Shown here piece by piece: positions 40,438 through 52,470 of a stretch of 64,000 nucleotides of DNA. Below the pieces are notes generated by a model. That model was not told the DNA's origin, made no database searches, and worked only from the letters and a program-made list of their open reading frames with translations. Position 1 is the stretch's first letter; the number at the start of each line of letters is the position of its first letter. The translations under genes and the position numbers were made by a program. The stretch spans positions 1 through 64,000 of the IMG/VR virus record IMGVR_UViG_3300024999_000055. The stretch is one strand, 5' to 3'. This DNA is from a virus.

Positions 40438-41418
40438 TTAATAAATTCTTTTCTCTAATAACTTAATATCATTTATTTCAAACATATTACAAATTAAAGC
40501 AATACGAATCCACATTCCATTTTCGCATTGTTCCCAGTATTTAGCACGTTTATTTTTATCAATCTCAACAGCAATTTCATTTCTTCTAGGTAACGGATGA
40601 AGTATAATCGTATCATCTTTCAATTTATTTATATTACTACTAGTTATGCTGTATTTATTCGTATCAATAATTTCATTTTCATTAATTCCTTCATTTTTAT
40701 ATTCATCTTGCAATCTAATCATATAGACAACATCAACTTCCGATATAACCTTTTCAAAATCATCAGTTAATTCATAATCAATATTCAATTGTTCTAATAT
40801 ATCAGATTTAATTTGAAATGTTTTTGGTGCAACAAAATATAACTTAGTACCTTTAACTTTATTTAATAATAGTGTTAATGATTTAACTGTTCTACCTCGC
40901 AATAAATCTCCAATAAATGCTATTTTTTTATTTTCTAATCCATATCTCCATATAGTATAAAAATCTAAAAGTGCTTGCGTTGGATGTTGGTCTGATCCCG
41001 ATCCAGCATTAATTATCCTCATATCATCAGGTAAATTTTCAGAAATTTCATAGATAAAATCAGATGATGGATGTCTCATTATAATTAAATCTATATATTG
41101 AGAAAATGTTTTAATTGCATCTAATTCAGATTCACCTTTTACTTCTGAGGAAGTAGAAGTATCTCTAATTTCTGAAGTAGATATACCTAAAATGTGGCAA
41201 GCATTTTGAAAAGATAAAAATGTTCTGGTTGATGATTGTTTGAAGTATAGTATTGCTCTTTTATCTGATAGAATTGTTTTTAAGTATTTTAATCCTTGTG
41301 AAGTTGATGCTGTATTTCTGATTGTGTCTGTTAGTTTGCATAGATTAAGTAGATTTTCTAGTGAATATTGTTGTGAGTTTATACATCTTGTTTGTATATT
41401 TGCGTTTATAATAATCAT
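40438..41418 (-). CDS. pyrB: Aspartate carbamoyltransferase catalytic subunit
   Basis: 'SSTRTFLSF','KGESELD','INAGSGSDQHPTQALLD','GDLLRGRTVKSL','RLQDE','HPLPRRNEI'. Confidence 0.93.
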   Translation of the reverse strand: MIIINANIQTRCINSQQYSLENLLNLCKLTDTIRNTASTSQGLKYLKTILSDKRAILYFKQSSTRTFLSFQNACHILGISTSEIRDTSTSSEVKGESELDAIKTFSQYIDLIIMRHPSSDFIYEISENLPDDMRIINAGSGSDQHPTQALLDFYTIWRYGLENKKIAFIGDLLRGRTVKSLTLLLNKVKGTKLYFVAPKTFQIKSDILEQLNIDYELTDDFEKVISEVDVVYMIRLQDEYKNEGINENEIIDTNKYSITSSNINKLKDDTIILHPLPRRNEIAVEIDKNKRAKYWEQCENGMWIRIALICNMFEINDIKLLEKRIY

Positions 41419-41424
41419 CTCCTT

Positions 41425-42039
41425 TTATATAATTTTATTTTTAATATAACTTTTATTTACTAGAGCAAAATCTATATCCTCATCAACATTATTCAATTTC
41501 AGATAATCATCCCATGTAACATTACTACAAAGACACATTGAATCAATAAATCCTAAAATAAATTCAACATTGCATCTAGTTTTAATAGATAAATTCATTT
41601 TATGCCTATTATTTATATAAAATGATTGTGGAGTATCCCCAAATTTCCTACTCATACCTTTCCAATCACAAATCATTTGATTAATGTGTTTAATTGGTAT
41701 ATCTAGTGCTATTCCATTATTGTCTATCCAATAATTCCAATGATGAGGATTATTTTTAAAATGATGCTCCCATGCTTTATTAAAATTATTTTTACATTCT
41801 AGATAGTTTCTGCTTAAATTAGACATCCCATTATTTAATTGTTCCCAATTATAATCTTTTTCAAGTTTTACACCATGATACCCATAAAACCATTCTGAAT
41901 ATGGTATAAATTCACATGGTAATAGTTTACTTAAATCATGTGTAAATGCGTGAAAATATAATTTTTCTTTCCAACATTCAATAAATACATTTTTCTTATG
42001 TTCTAAGACGTATTTTAGGTAATTAATATATTTTTTCAC
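41425..42039 (-). CDS. HD-like phage protein (DUF5662-like)
   Basis: 'HKKNV..HDLSK..AWEHHFKNNPHHW..MICDW'. Confidence 0.75.
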   Translation of the reverse strand: MKKYINYLKYVLEHKKNVFIECWKEKLYFHAFTHDLSKLLPCEFIPYSEWFYGYHGVKLEKDYNWEQLNNGMSNLSRNYLECKNNFNKAWEHHFKNNPHHWNYWIDNNGIALDIPIKHINQMICDWKGMSRKFGDTPQSFYINNRHKMNLSIKTRCNVEFILGFIDSMCLCSNVTWDDYLKLNNVDEDIDFALVNKSYIKNKII

Positions 42040-42051
42040 ATTATTCTCCTT

Positions 42052-44419
42052 TTAGTTTAATATTCATACATATAAGGTTTTAAAATATTTTCTATTTCAT
42101 TCATTAATTTTGCACATTGTAACCATTTAACTTTTAATTCTTCATTTTCAATATCTTCACCATTAAGATATGATTGTATTGCATATCCTAATCCTTCTAT
42201 ATAAACAATTTCTCCAATATCTTTTAATGTTTTCATATAATTAATCTCCTTTAATAATTTTCTATTAATTCATTCATAATATTTAAATTCATTTTAATTA
42301 ATTCTGGTTCATTATCATCAACTTCGTCTAAAATAATTTCTCTTAAACTTTCTTTAATTTGCATTGTTAATTCTTCTAAATTTATACCTTTTCATCTATA
42401 TGTTTCTTTCCTTTTTCTGTAATTTTAAAATTTAATTCAATATTAAATTTCATTTCTACTACAATTGTTTCATTTGTCATAATTAATTCCTCCTTTGATT
42501 AAATTTAATATATTTATTAATTTCAAATAATAATATTTCTAAAATATCTTCTCTGCCTTTCTTATAATTACTATTTTGAAATAATTCATTTTCTTTAATT
42601 AATTTATTTACTATTAATTTTATTCTATCTTTTTCTGCAATTCTTCCTTCCTCAAATGCCTCTTTTCTATGTCTACCTAACATACAACTTAATTCACCAT
42701 GACTAATTTCTGCCATTATTTACTCCTTTCTTATATTTAAGATTAAATTAAACTGGTTTTAATGTTAACACTTCTCTATTCCAACACTCTTTACATTTAT
42801 TTATATTATCTTCAAAATTATATTTACATTCATCTTTTTGTTTCTTATATTTAGAATATGGATTTTCATATGGTGTATTTTTTAAACATTCAAAATATGA
42901 TGGGCAATAACTATCAAATATATAATCTTTTAATGTGATTTTATGATACTTTGCAAAAGATTTTATATCTTCAATTTCTTCGCTGGTTTGTATAATATAA
43001 TCAATTAATTTCATGTATTAATCTCCTTTAATTTCTACTTTCTTATTCCTTCTTTTACATTCATTTAAAGCATCTTGATATGAAAAATGTAAATATTTAT
43101 CCATTTCATAAAAGAAAGAATCTTTATCCTTCCAGTATCGCAATTCACCATCTTCATCTCGATCAATTTTATCTATTGAAACTAATTTCTTACTAACTTC
43201 CCATTTTTGCTTAGTTTTATTATGTATACCTTTCCCACCACATTCAGAACATTTTTCATCTACTTGACCGTTTTTGTAGCATTTATTACAGACAACTTTT
43301 ATTTTATAGTCTTGTAGTTTGATGTGATACATTTGAAGATTAGTATTATAATATAGATTATTTTTATATTCTTTTGCTATAATTTCTTTTTCTTTTACTA
43401 TTTCGCAATCTTCTCTTAAAATAAAATGACTATAATATTTAGATGCTTCATCAGTAATTATATAATCTACAGTACCACTTTCTTCTACTATAAATTCTTC
43501 ATTAATATAATTGCTATACCAATAATCAATATATTTTGCTTTTATAATTTTAACTTTCATATTAATTCTCCTTTTAGTTTATTATTTTTATTTACTTTCT
43601 GGAGATCTACTAAATCCTATTTGAAAGAATAACCATCCGCAATGTACAGTATGTTTTTCATTTATAAATTTAGGAAACCACCATATATTCTTAAAATCAA
43701 TTTCCCATATAATAGAATATTTTTTATTATCGAACCAAGTAAACCATAGAAAATTAACACCATTTATTTTGATTAGTTTTATATTTTTCATTTACTATCC
43801 TTTCTTAATTATTAAAAGAAACTTTGGAGTAAACTTTATTCCCAATTTATAATTCTTTCATCTGTGATTAAACTTGAAAATCTAACCATAGGATATATAA
43901 TTTCTTTTATTGTATCCTCATCAATATTTTTATTTATATATAATTTATCACATCTACAACATCTTGAATTATCTTGAATAGACATAGTATGATAAGAATC
44001 TCCATTTTTCATAATTATTCTATTCTCAGTTCGTTCTTGAATTGCACTATCAATTAATAATTGACTTAATAATTCAAGGAATGTATTTGCTTCTTTTATT
44101 GTATTGCTTACAATTATTGCTTTCATAATATTTTCTCCTTTTTATTTTATTTTATTGTTTTATAACCACTTAATAAACATTGTATAGTTCTGAATACTTT
44201 CTTTTTATCATTATTACATTCCCATGTTTCATTAAATAAACCACATTTAGTATATGATTGTCTTTCTGGAGCACCAGCACCATGTACAGGATGATGCTCA
44301 AAATCAATACAACCATAGCATAATTTATCTTCTGTAGGAGTGTTTACCCATAAGTCTTTAATATCTGTGTTTATTTTTATTCTTAACTCTTGATGATTTT
44401 GATATTCTTCTAATGTCAT
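42052..44419 (-). other. Array of small hypothetical ORFs
   Basis: ORFs 42483,42748,43018,43588,43836,44147 with SDs. Confidence 0.7.
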
Positions 44420-44439
44420 ATGATTATTTCTCCTAAATA

Positions 44440-45000
44440 TTATTTAATATGCCATGCTTTTGCTTGCTTTTCTGCATTTATTCTATTTTTAATTTGTTTT
44501 GCAATAATTTCTGTACTTGCCTTTTCACCTTTAATAACTTGATATTTTACTTCAAATTCATCTAACATTTTTCTTAATTTAATATCGTCTTGTTTTGCTT
44601 CTTCTGCTGTTTGAAATCTACCAATAGGATTAAAAGATTTAACTCTTTCAAGAAAGTAATTTATATTATTGAATTGATTAAATTTATTAAGTATATTTTT
44701 ATTAAAATCTTTATCTATAGGATTATTATAAAATGCGGATAATAAGATTGGTGAATCTGTAATTATTACATCTAATTTTCCACAATCAACAAGACGTTTT
44801 ATACTATATTTTTGTTTTCCAAAGATATAATCTTGGTCTTTAAAAATAGCAGACCTTTCTTCATATAATTGGTGTTTGACATATTCACTACAATACTCTA
44901 CATTAATTCCACCCATCCATTTTAATTCTGCTGATACATCCCAAGATATAGATGTTTTTCCACATCCACTTCCAGCAAAGAAATTAACTACAATTGTCAT
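44440..45000 (-). CDS. AAA_28/NadR-type P-loop kinase-like protein
   Basis: 'FAGSGCGKT','EYVK','ITDSPILLS','GRFQT'. Confidence 0.8.
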   Translation of the reverse strand: MTIVVNFFAGSGCGKTSISWDVSAELKWMGGINVEYCSEYVKHQLYEERSAIFKDQDYIFGKQKYSIKRLVDCGKLDVIITDSPILLSAFYNNPIDKDFNKNILNKFNQFNNINYFLERVKSFNPIGRFQTAEEAKQDDIKLRKMLDEFEVKYQVIKGEKASTEIIAKQIKNRINAEKQAKAWHIK

Positions 45001-45042
45001 ATGTATTTCCTCCTCTATTATAAAGTTTGATCTAAACTAATT

Positions 45043-45549
45043 TTATTTTAACTTTCTAAAAACTACAATCATACTTGGGAATGGGGCAGAATCTTCACAC
45101 CCACTAAATTTTAATCTACCTTCAATAAATCTAATTTCCATCTTATTATATATGTATTTATGGAAAAATTTAGTATCTGTCCTTGATGGAAGTAAAGCAA
45201 CTACTATTATATCTTTTTGACTTTCCTCATATGCTTTCTTAATCCAATCTTCTTGTCCTGGTTTATATTTATCAATATGATAACCACGTTTTTGGCATCC
45301 TTTTTTCTTACAATTGGGTTTACATGGTTTCTCTGGTTTAGAGTAAGGTGGATTCATAAATACTATTTCATTTGACCAATCTTTAGATAATCCATCATCT
45401 TCTATAGTATAATATTTATCACATTTATGATTATCATGTGTGGCACATGGATCAAGTGTAAAATTAAATTCTTCATTAAGTTTATCAAAGAAATTTTGGG
45501 GTGTTTCCCAGGAATCTGATTCGCTAGAAAACATTAATTCTTTATTCAT
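45043..45549 (-). CDS. Phage DNA N6-adenine methyltransferase (Dam-like)
   Basis: 'WETPQ','FTLDPCA','FMNPPY','LLPSRTDT','GRLKF','APFPS'. Confidence 0.9.
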   Translation of the reverse strand: MNKELMFSSESDSWETPQNFFDKLNEEFNFTLDPCATHDNHKCDKYYTIEDDGLSKDWSNEIVFMNPPYSKPEKPCKPNCKKKGCQKRGYHIDKYKPGQEDWIKKAYEESQKDIIVVALLPSRTDTKFFHKYIYNKMEIRFIEGRLKFSGCEDSAPFPSMIVVFRKLK

Positions 45550-45581
45550 GTATTATCTCCTTTATTTTTATAATTTATTAA

Positions 45582-48500
45582 TTAATTATTTTCCAATATT
45601 TCTTTATAATAATCAATCCAATCTTGATTTTCTAATTTTTTCTTAACAACAATATCAAAATATTCTTTTCTCATATCTTGTAATGAAAATTTAGTTATTC
45701 CTTTCTTTTTAAGATTCTTATTTACCATTTTAATTATTTCTGTTCTATTCATTGGATAAAGTTTAATCAATCTTTCCTTCTCTGCTTTTTCTTCTTCCTC
45801 TAATCTAATTTTCTCTTCTTCGATTCTTTTTCTTTCTTCTTCTTGTTCATCTACAATACTATCCAAATCAATCTCTAACCTATTCCATTTACTCTCCATA
45901 TGAGCAGGTATAACTACTTCTGGCACTAACACTTCTTTAATTTCAAACATCTCATAAGGTTCATAATCATAATTATAGTCTGTGAAATATGAACCATTTC
46001 TTTGTACAGAACGAGAAATTCCAAAATTAAATTCTTGTATTTCCTGATAATCTCCATCCATTTCTATTAATTGACCTTGCTCAGTTTTGTATTGATATTT
46101 TCCTTGATCATCCCAATTATCATCTCCGACATCTTTAAATCCATAGATTTTACCATTGTGTGTATATGCAAAATTTTCTAAATCTTCTTTTCCTAGTTTC
46201 TTTACTATTTTTGCAAATAGGGTAATATTCATATTTGAATTCTCCTTTTATTATTTATTTTTAAATCTACACCATTTAGGACTAAATATTGCTTGTAATT
46301 TTGGAATGCCTCTACCATAAATTTGTGCGAATGAATTAAAATCAGGGTTTATAGTATCCATACAATGACCATATACTCCAAATATTTTTTGTTCTAAATT
46401 ACCATTTGACCAATCATCTTTTTCAAAATATTCACATTTACTACATTTAAAAATTTTCATAATATCCTCCTTTTAATTTAATATTGTAAATCAACACCAA
46501 ATTTCTCTTTGGTTCAAATATTGAGTGTCACAAACACAGTAATATCAATGGTTTGTGAATTGGTGATTTTATGATTTTTATACTTTATAAGCTAATTTTT
46601 TTCATTTCCAACCTATACAATTATAAACATCACATAATAAATGTAAATTGTCATAAATAAGATTTTCTACTCTTGATTGTTTAGGTATTGTACAACCACT
46701 TAAACATCCTAAAATTGATTTTCTAAAAACTGAAATACCTTCTTTAATCTCATTAATATAATCTTCCCAACTTTCTACTTGTATCACTCTTGATTGATGG
46801 TCTATTATATTATCATTATCATTATCATCTAATGATAAATTTGTTTCTATTATTTTAATCATATTACTTACTCTCCTTTTCCTCAAATATTTCTTTATAT
46901 TTATCCACATTTATTTTACATTTATAATATATTTCATAATCTTTCCATTCACATTCCATAATATCTCTAATAGAAGTTATTCTTTCTTGAAAATATTCAC
47001 ATCCATAACAATTATCATCAGAACCTTTATCATAGCATTTTTGATTGTATTCTCCAATAGCACCAAATGGACACCAACTATTTTTTGATTCATCATCATA
47101 AATTCTATTAGCAGGATGTTCACATTTAGGGAATCTCTCTTGATATGCTTGAATTTCTTGCAGTGAGTAGTAACCGTATTCTTTACATTTTTCATGTGGT
47201 AGAATTCCTAGTGTATAATCAATCCAATCCTGACTACGCATAAGATCTGAACGAGCACCTTGACCAAATCTAGCATAGAATAATTCTTGACCTGCTAATG
47301 GCATTTTGTTAATGAAATCTAATATTTCTTTTTCGTATTTGTAATTTAATTGCATCATATTATCTTCTGAATATGATTTTATAATTTCTAGTTTCCACCA
47401 TTCTTGATTTGTTAAGGATAGGCAATTATCGCATAAATTTAGTCTACTTGAAAAGTTCGTAAATATAGAATTATGATTAAGTGTAGGAATGAGTATTTCA
47501 TGTATTTGAGGGTATGATTGTAGACAATTGAAACATATAGAATCTGGATTTTCTATTGCAATGTGGTGAGGATTGATTGAATTGGTTGTTTCAATTAATT
47601 TTGTTGATTCATGCATATTTTATCTCCTTTCTAAATATATTATTATTGTATTAACTATTTAATTAGTTTTAAAGTTCCAAATTCTTTAAATTTTTCACTT
47701 TCTAATTCTTCTAATTCTAATTTATCAAGTTCTTCTTGTAATTCATTAATTCTATTTCTTAAAAATTGCTTCTCTTGCTCTAGTTTAAATTTTTCAATCT
47801 CTTTATTTATATTTTGTTCATTTGATTCAAACTGTTCTTGATATTTCCAATAATCTCTCTCTTGCCCTTCCCATGCATAACTGCCTAAACTAATAACTTT
47901 TTTTATTCTAAATGCAGAAGCCGTAAAATCACAACCATTACCACAACATCTATATTTTTCATTATATCCTTTATCTTCAGGTTCACATTCACAATATCCC
48001 CAATGTCTTTCATCTTTAGTAAATTCTATATAATAACAATAATCATAATAAACATCTACCATATATTCACTTTCTTTTTCATTGTCTGGTTTTTCAATTA
48101 ATATTCTAATTTTGCCATTTGTATAACCTCCAGAGTAATCTTCGTCATAACCGTTAATATAATATGTATGCTTTGTAATATCGTCTAAGAATTCTTTACA
48201 ATTTTCAATTTGTTGGTCTATTACTGAAATTATATATGGGATATCTAAGATTTTTTTGTTATAATTAATTCTGTTTTCATTTTCATTGTTTAAAGTGCTA
48301 ATTAGATTTTGGATAAATTGGTCTTTGGTTGAAAGGTTAGATGTAGTCATAGGATAGTGTCTCTCCTTTTATTTTTTATTTTTATAATGTATTTTTAATT
48401 TCTTTCCATAAGAAATCACATAATTTATTTACTCCATTAACTCTTACTAGTGGAGCATTATAATCATCTAATAATTCAATCATTTGTCCAATATTTAATA

Positions 48501-48991
48501 ACGGATAATATTCATAATATACTTTTGTCCTTTCAAAACTTAATCCATTGCAATTATGTGTAAAACATTCAATACTTTCTTTTCCATTAACATTTAAATA
48601 ATAAATATCACCCATTTTAATTCCTTTTGATATCCACCATTTATATAGTTTTATTTTTTGCTCTTTTAATAATTCATTAAGTTGATTTATAGTAATTATT
48701 TGTTTCATAGAAAAACTCCTTATTTATATTAGTTTATTGAATATCTTGATTATTTCTTATTAATTCTTCCAATCCATTTAAACATTCTAATTCTTCAACT
48801 AAGTTTGCAATTTTACAAACAATTATTTCTTTTTTGTTAGGTATTTCAGATAATCCATAGCAATTGTCTAATAGAACATATTTACTGACTAGTTGGCAAA
48901 TTTCAAAATAATTATCGCTTTCATGGTAAAATCTACAATTCCATTTTATACATTTTAATTTTGTTGAATCTTTTTGTTCTTTTATTTCCAT
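45582..48991 (-). other. Array of hypothetical ORFs
   Basis: ORFs 45582,46251,46602,46864,47655,48382,48734; promoter TTGACA-17-TATAAT at 49018-49046. Confidence 0.75.
46491..46558 (-). repeat. Dispersed arm-N6-arm site plus adjacent accessory inverted repeat
   Basis: Minus strand AATATTTGAACCAAA-GAGAAA-TTTGGTGTTGA; plus strand TCACAAAC-ACAGTAATATCAATG-GTTTGTGA. Confidence 0.65.
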
Positions 48992-49092
48992 ATAGTTTGT
49001 CCCTTCTCTTATGGTTAATTATACATTTATTTTTTTATTCTGTCAATGATAATTTTCATTATTTTTCATTATATTTCTATTTTTATTTGATT

Positions 49093-49121
49093 TTTAGCAG
49101 GAATGGTTAGTCCCTGCTAAA
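49093..49121 (-). terminator. Terminator after dut
   Basis: TTTAGCAGG..CCTGCTAAA. Confidence 0.6.
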
Positions 49122-49134
49122 TAGAGTAAATTAA

Positions 49135-49596
49135 TTAATTCGTACTTCCTATGCCACCTTTACGTTCTTCCTCTGTATTTCCATTATCAGAAACTAAAAA
49201 TGGAATAAAAATACCTTGTGCGATTCTTTCAAATTGTTCAATATGTACTGGTTCATCTGTCATATTATATAAACAAATTCCAATATTCCCATCATTATTT
49301 ATATTGGAAAAATAATCCTGATCTACAATACCTATTGTATTTGCCAACATTAAACCTTTTTTAATTCCAATTGAACTTCTTACGTCAAGTATAAGAACTT
49401 CACCTTCTTGCATGTATGATTTTACATCCGTCCAAATTATTTCTTTTGATTTTGGTTGAATAGTTATAGAAATTGGAGATGAAAAATCATATCCTGCGGA
49501 AATTTTAGTTGCTCTAATGGGAAGTTTAATTTCTACATCTTTGTGCTTTCTGAATGAATCAGATACTACTTCAAAACCTCTAATTTTTGTTTGCAT
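49135..49596 (-). CDS. dut: Trimeric dUTPase
   Basis: 'SAGYDF','RSSIG','GIVDQDY','RIAQGIF','RKGGIGST'. Confidence 0.95.
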   Translation of the reverse strand: MQTKIRGFEVVSDSFRKHKDVEIKLPIRATKISAGYDFSSPISITIQPKSKEIIWTDVKSYMQEGEVLILDVRSSIGIKKGLMLANTIGIVDQDYFSNINNDGNIGICLYNMTDEPVHIEQFERIAQGIFIPFLVSDNGNTEEERKGGIGSTN

Positions 49597-49629
49597 AATA
49601 TTTTATTCTCCTTTTGTTTTTATTATATT

Positions 49630-50292
49630 TTATACTTCTTTCATAATAAATTCATTTAATATATATGGTGTATTTTTTTTATATTTAATATTTAATTCCT
49701 CTATATAATTTTTATTATCTTCAAATACACTTTTATCCAAGAAAGGATATTTCACTGTTCTTATTTGATTCAATCCTTTATCAAATTGAATGGTATACTG
49801 CAAAGATAATAATATATTTTTAATTATTTTTTTTGAAATATTTACACCAAGAGTTTTTAATATGATATTTTTATCAATATCATGTTGCATATATTGAAAA
49901 GGCAATTTCATATCTATATGTACACCATCTATAATATTACATTGCAATATATTTTTTATTTTAAGTGGGAATGTACCATTTGTGTATATTATTATTGGTA
50001 AATTTGTTGTATTTTTAATTTGTTGTATATCATGTAATATATCTACTATATTATTAATTAAATATTCACCACCACTTATAACTATATAATCATAAAGAAA
50101 AGAGTTTAATTTTAATAATTTAACAATTTCTTTAATGTCATAAAAATTATTATGTTTTTTTATTATCAATTCGTCATAATTAATGCAGTTGTAACATTTT
50201 AAGTTACAACCACACAAACTATGGATTAATAATGTTGGTGAATTATTTATTTCAGATACAGATGTGATAAATTTATTATAATATTTTATCAT
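49630..50292 (-). CDS. nrdG: Anaerobic RNR activase (radical SAM)
   Basis: 'GCNLKCYNC','ISGGE','YTNG'; abuts nrdD. Confidence 0.85.
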   Translation of the reverse strand: MIKYYNKFITSVSEINNSPTLLIHSLCGCNLKCYNCINYDELIIKKHNNFYDIKEIVKLLKLNSFLYDYIVISGGEYLINNIVDILHDIQQIKNTTNLPIIIYTNGTFPLKIKNILQCNIIDGVHIDMKLPFQYMQHDIDKNIILKTLGVNISKKIIKNILLSLQYTIQFDKGLNQIRTVKYPFLDKSVFEDNKNYIEELNIKYKKNTPYILNEFIMKEV

Positions 50293-52221
50293 TTATAAAT
50301 CTAATTCCGTAAATTTTTTTCTTATATTCCAATCATATCTTCTTGCTTTACTCCAAAAATTATATTTCCCTTCATATATTTTAGATTTATTTAATTTTAT
50401 ATTTTTTCTAGAAATCATTTTAACATATCCTATAACTCTTGAAAAAGTAGCTATATCATCACTACCACATACATTGCATTTTTCAATATTTTTACCGTCA
50501 GTTGCTTTAAATTTTTGTCCACAATTCATACAACTTGTTAATGTTGGTGTAAAAGTAATATAGTTAATTGGTTTATCAAATAATTTATTTAAATACTTTG
50601 CTAATTTTAATGGTTCAATTTTTGATTCGATAAAATGGTGTAGAATTGAACCACTTGTTGCATAACCTTGGTATTCTGCTGCGTTTTCTATTTGTTGAGT
50701 AAAATCTTCTTCACTAAATGGCAACATACATCCAGAAGTTAAATATATATCTTTACCAATTCCTTGAACAAATATTTTTCTATTATTTTCTTTTGCCCAT
50801 TTTAGATCATTTCTGGCTAATTTAATACCAGCATTTTCTGCTGGTGCATATTCGATCCCACAAGCAACTTTATCTCTTACAATAAATTCATTTACAATTT
50901 CTGTAATATATTGCATTATTTCATGAGCAAATAATTTACCTTCTGTATTTTTAAGTCCATCTTCATATCCTATATTAATCAATGCTTCATGCATACCAGT
51001 AACCGCAAATACATTAAAATAATTTTTTAAATCTTCATTAAATGAGAAAAACGTAGGGAATAAATCTTTATTTTGTTCAATAAATTTTCTTTTAGCCATA
51101 TGCCCTTCTTGCATTATTTCAAAATATTCACGAATTTTTGATTTTAATAATTCTTTATCATGCCCAAACTCAATGAATACTCTATTTAAGTTTAAATTAA
51201 GAACTTGAATAGCACCTGTATTGCCAATTGATGAACCAAATATTCCTCCTCCTACTTTTGATAATAAAGAAAGATCAATTTGTAAGCGACAGCATAGACT
51301 TCTTGATACTTCTGGATCTTTTGGTTTAATATTAGGATTTAGTTTTCTGTAATATTCATTTTTAAAAGGTTTAGTTTTGAAATTTTCAAAATAAACTCCA
51401 CCCCAAGAATACATTTTATTTAATAAATATAAAAACAATTCATTTTCATAGTTAAAATTATCATCAATTTGCACAGTAATTAATGGAAAAGTAAATGGAA
51501 TACCTGCTCTTGTTCCTTCTGCCATTACATCAATAATAGCATTATTAATTCTATCGAAATATTTTGATGGTATTTCTGAATATGTAAAATCACAAACATC
51601 GCCACTAATTATAACTAATTCATCTTTAATTTCTTCTGAAGGTTTCCCAAATTCCATTGTAATATTAGAAAAAGCGCTTTCACTACCAGAACGAAGTGGT
51701 AGGTTTAATTCGTAGATTAAAGATTTAAACATTCTTCTAAGTTGTTTATCTGAATATTTTATATCATTAATTTCTTCATTATATAAATAAGAAGCAGAAA
51801 TTGTTGTCATTTGAGATAACATTACTGCACCTGATACTTGTTGAGACATTAAAACAACTATATTACTAAAATGTCTTAGCAGTACATCTAAACTAGAACA
51901 TGGTTCTGATTCTAACATATTTTTTGCACGACTTGGGATACCTAATGTGGCAATATCTTTACAAGAAACTGATTGACAATATGAACTTAATTGTTTGTCA
52001 TGTATGTATATAACTCCATCTTTATATAAATCAACAAGTTTTTTAGGAAATATTTTTGTCATTAAATATTCTTCTTCAGATTTATTACAAATATTCTTTC
52101 TTAATAAAGGTAAGGAATATACGAAATTACTATTTTCCCTTTTTAAATAATCTGTTTTTATATCATCGTCATTTGCAATAAATTTACTAATTAATTCATT
52201 TGTATTCTTAAACATTCCCAT
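50293..52221 (-). CDS. nrdD: Class III anaerobic ribonucleoside-triphosphate reductase, no ATP-cone
   Basis: 'IYIHD..YC','FTFP','SLCCRL','EYAPAE', Zn site CMNC..CNVC, glycyl loop 'SRVIGY'. Confidence 0.9.
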   Translation of the reverse strand: MGMFKNTNELISKFIANDDDIKTDYLKRENSNFVYSLPLLRKNICNKSEEEYLMTKIFPKKLVDLYKDGVIYIHDKQLSSYCQSVSCKDIATLGIPSRAKNMLESEPCSSLDVLLRHFSNIVVLMSQQVSGAVMLSQMTTISASYLYNEEINDIKYSDKQLRRMFKSLIYELNLPLRSGSESAFSNITMEFGKPSEEIKDELVIISGDVCDFTYSEIPSKYFDRINNAIIDVMAEGTRAGIPFTFPLITVQIDDNFNYENELFLYLLNKMYSWGGVYFENFKTKPFKNEYYRKLNPNIKPKDPEVSRSLCCRLQIDLSLLSKVGGGIFGSSIGNTGAIQVLNLNLNRVFIEFGHDKELLKSKIREYFEIMQEGHMAKRKFIEQNKDLFPTFFSFNEDLKNYFNVFAVTGMHEALINIGYEDGLKNTEGKLFAHEIMQYITEIVNEFIVRDKVACGIEYAPAENAGIKLARNDLKWAKENNRKIFVQGIGKDIYLTSGCMLPFSEEDFTQQIENAAEYQGYATSGSILHHFIESKIEPLKLAKYLNKLFDKPINYITFTPTLTSCMNCGQKFKATDGKNIEKCNVCGSDDIATFSRVIGYVKMISRKNIKLNKSKIYEGKYNFWSKARRYDWNIRKKFTELDL

Positions 52222-52226
52222 ATATA

Positions 52227-52424
52227 TTATATCTCCTTTACATATTTAATTGCTTCATTGAATTTCATAATTTTTCCATCTACTTGTAACATAGGCATAC
52301 TTAAAAAACCCTTCTCCATCATAATATTTATATCATTACATTCCTTATATGTAACTTGTTTTTGGTCTAATTTTTGTTTTAATATTTTACATTTGGAACA
52401 GTTATTAGAGTAAAGTAATATCAG
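52227..52424 (-). CDS. Glutaredoxin/NrdH-like redoxin (missed by ORF track)
   Basis: SD AAAGGAGGG, CTG (or ATT/ATA) start; LLYSNNCSKCKILKQKLD..SMPMLQVDG. Confidence 0.85.
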   Translation of the reverse strand: MILLYSNNCSKCKILKQKLDQKQVTYKECNDINIMMEKGFLSMPMLQVDGKIMKFNEAIKYVKEI

Positions 52425-52470
52425 AATAAAACCCTCCTTTTGATAAATTTATTTTAAATTTATTTTAAAA

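Noticed and set aside
50293-52424. Glutaredoxin-NrdD fusion
   Set aside because: A TAA at 52227-52229 ends the redoxin and nrdD has its own SD
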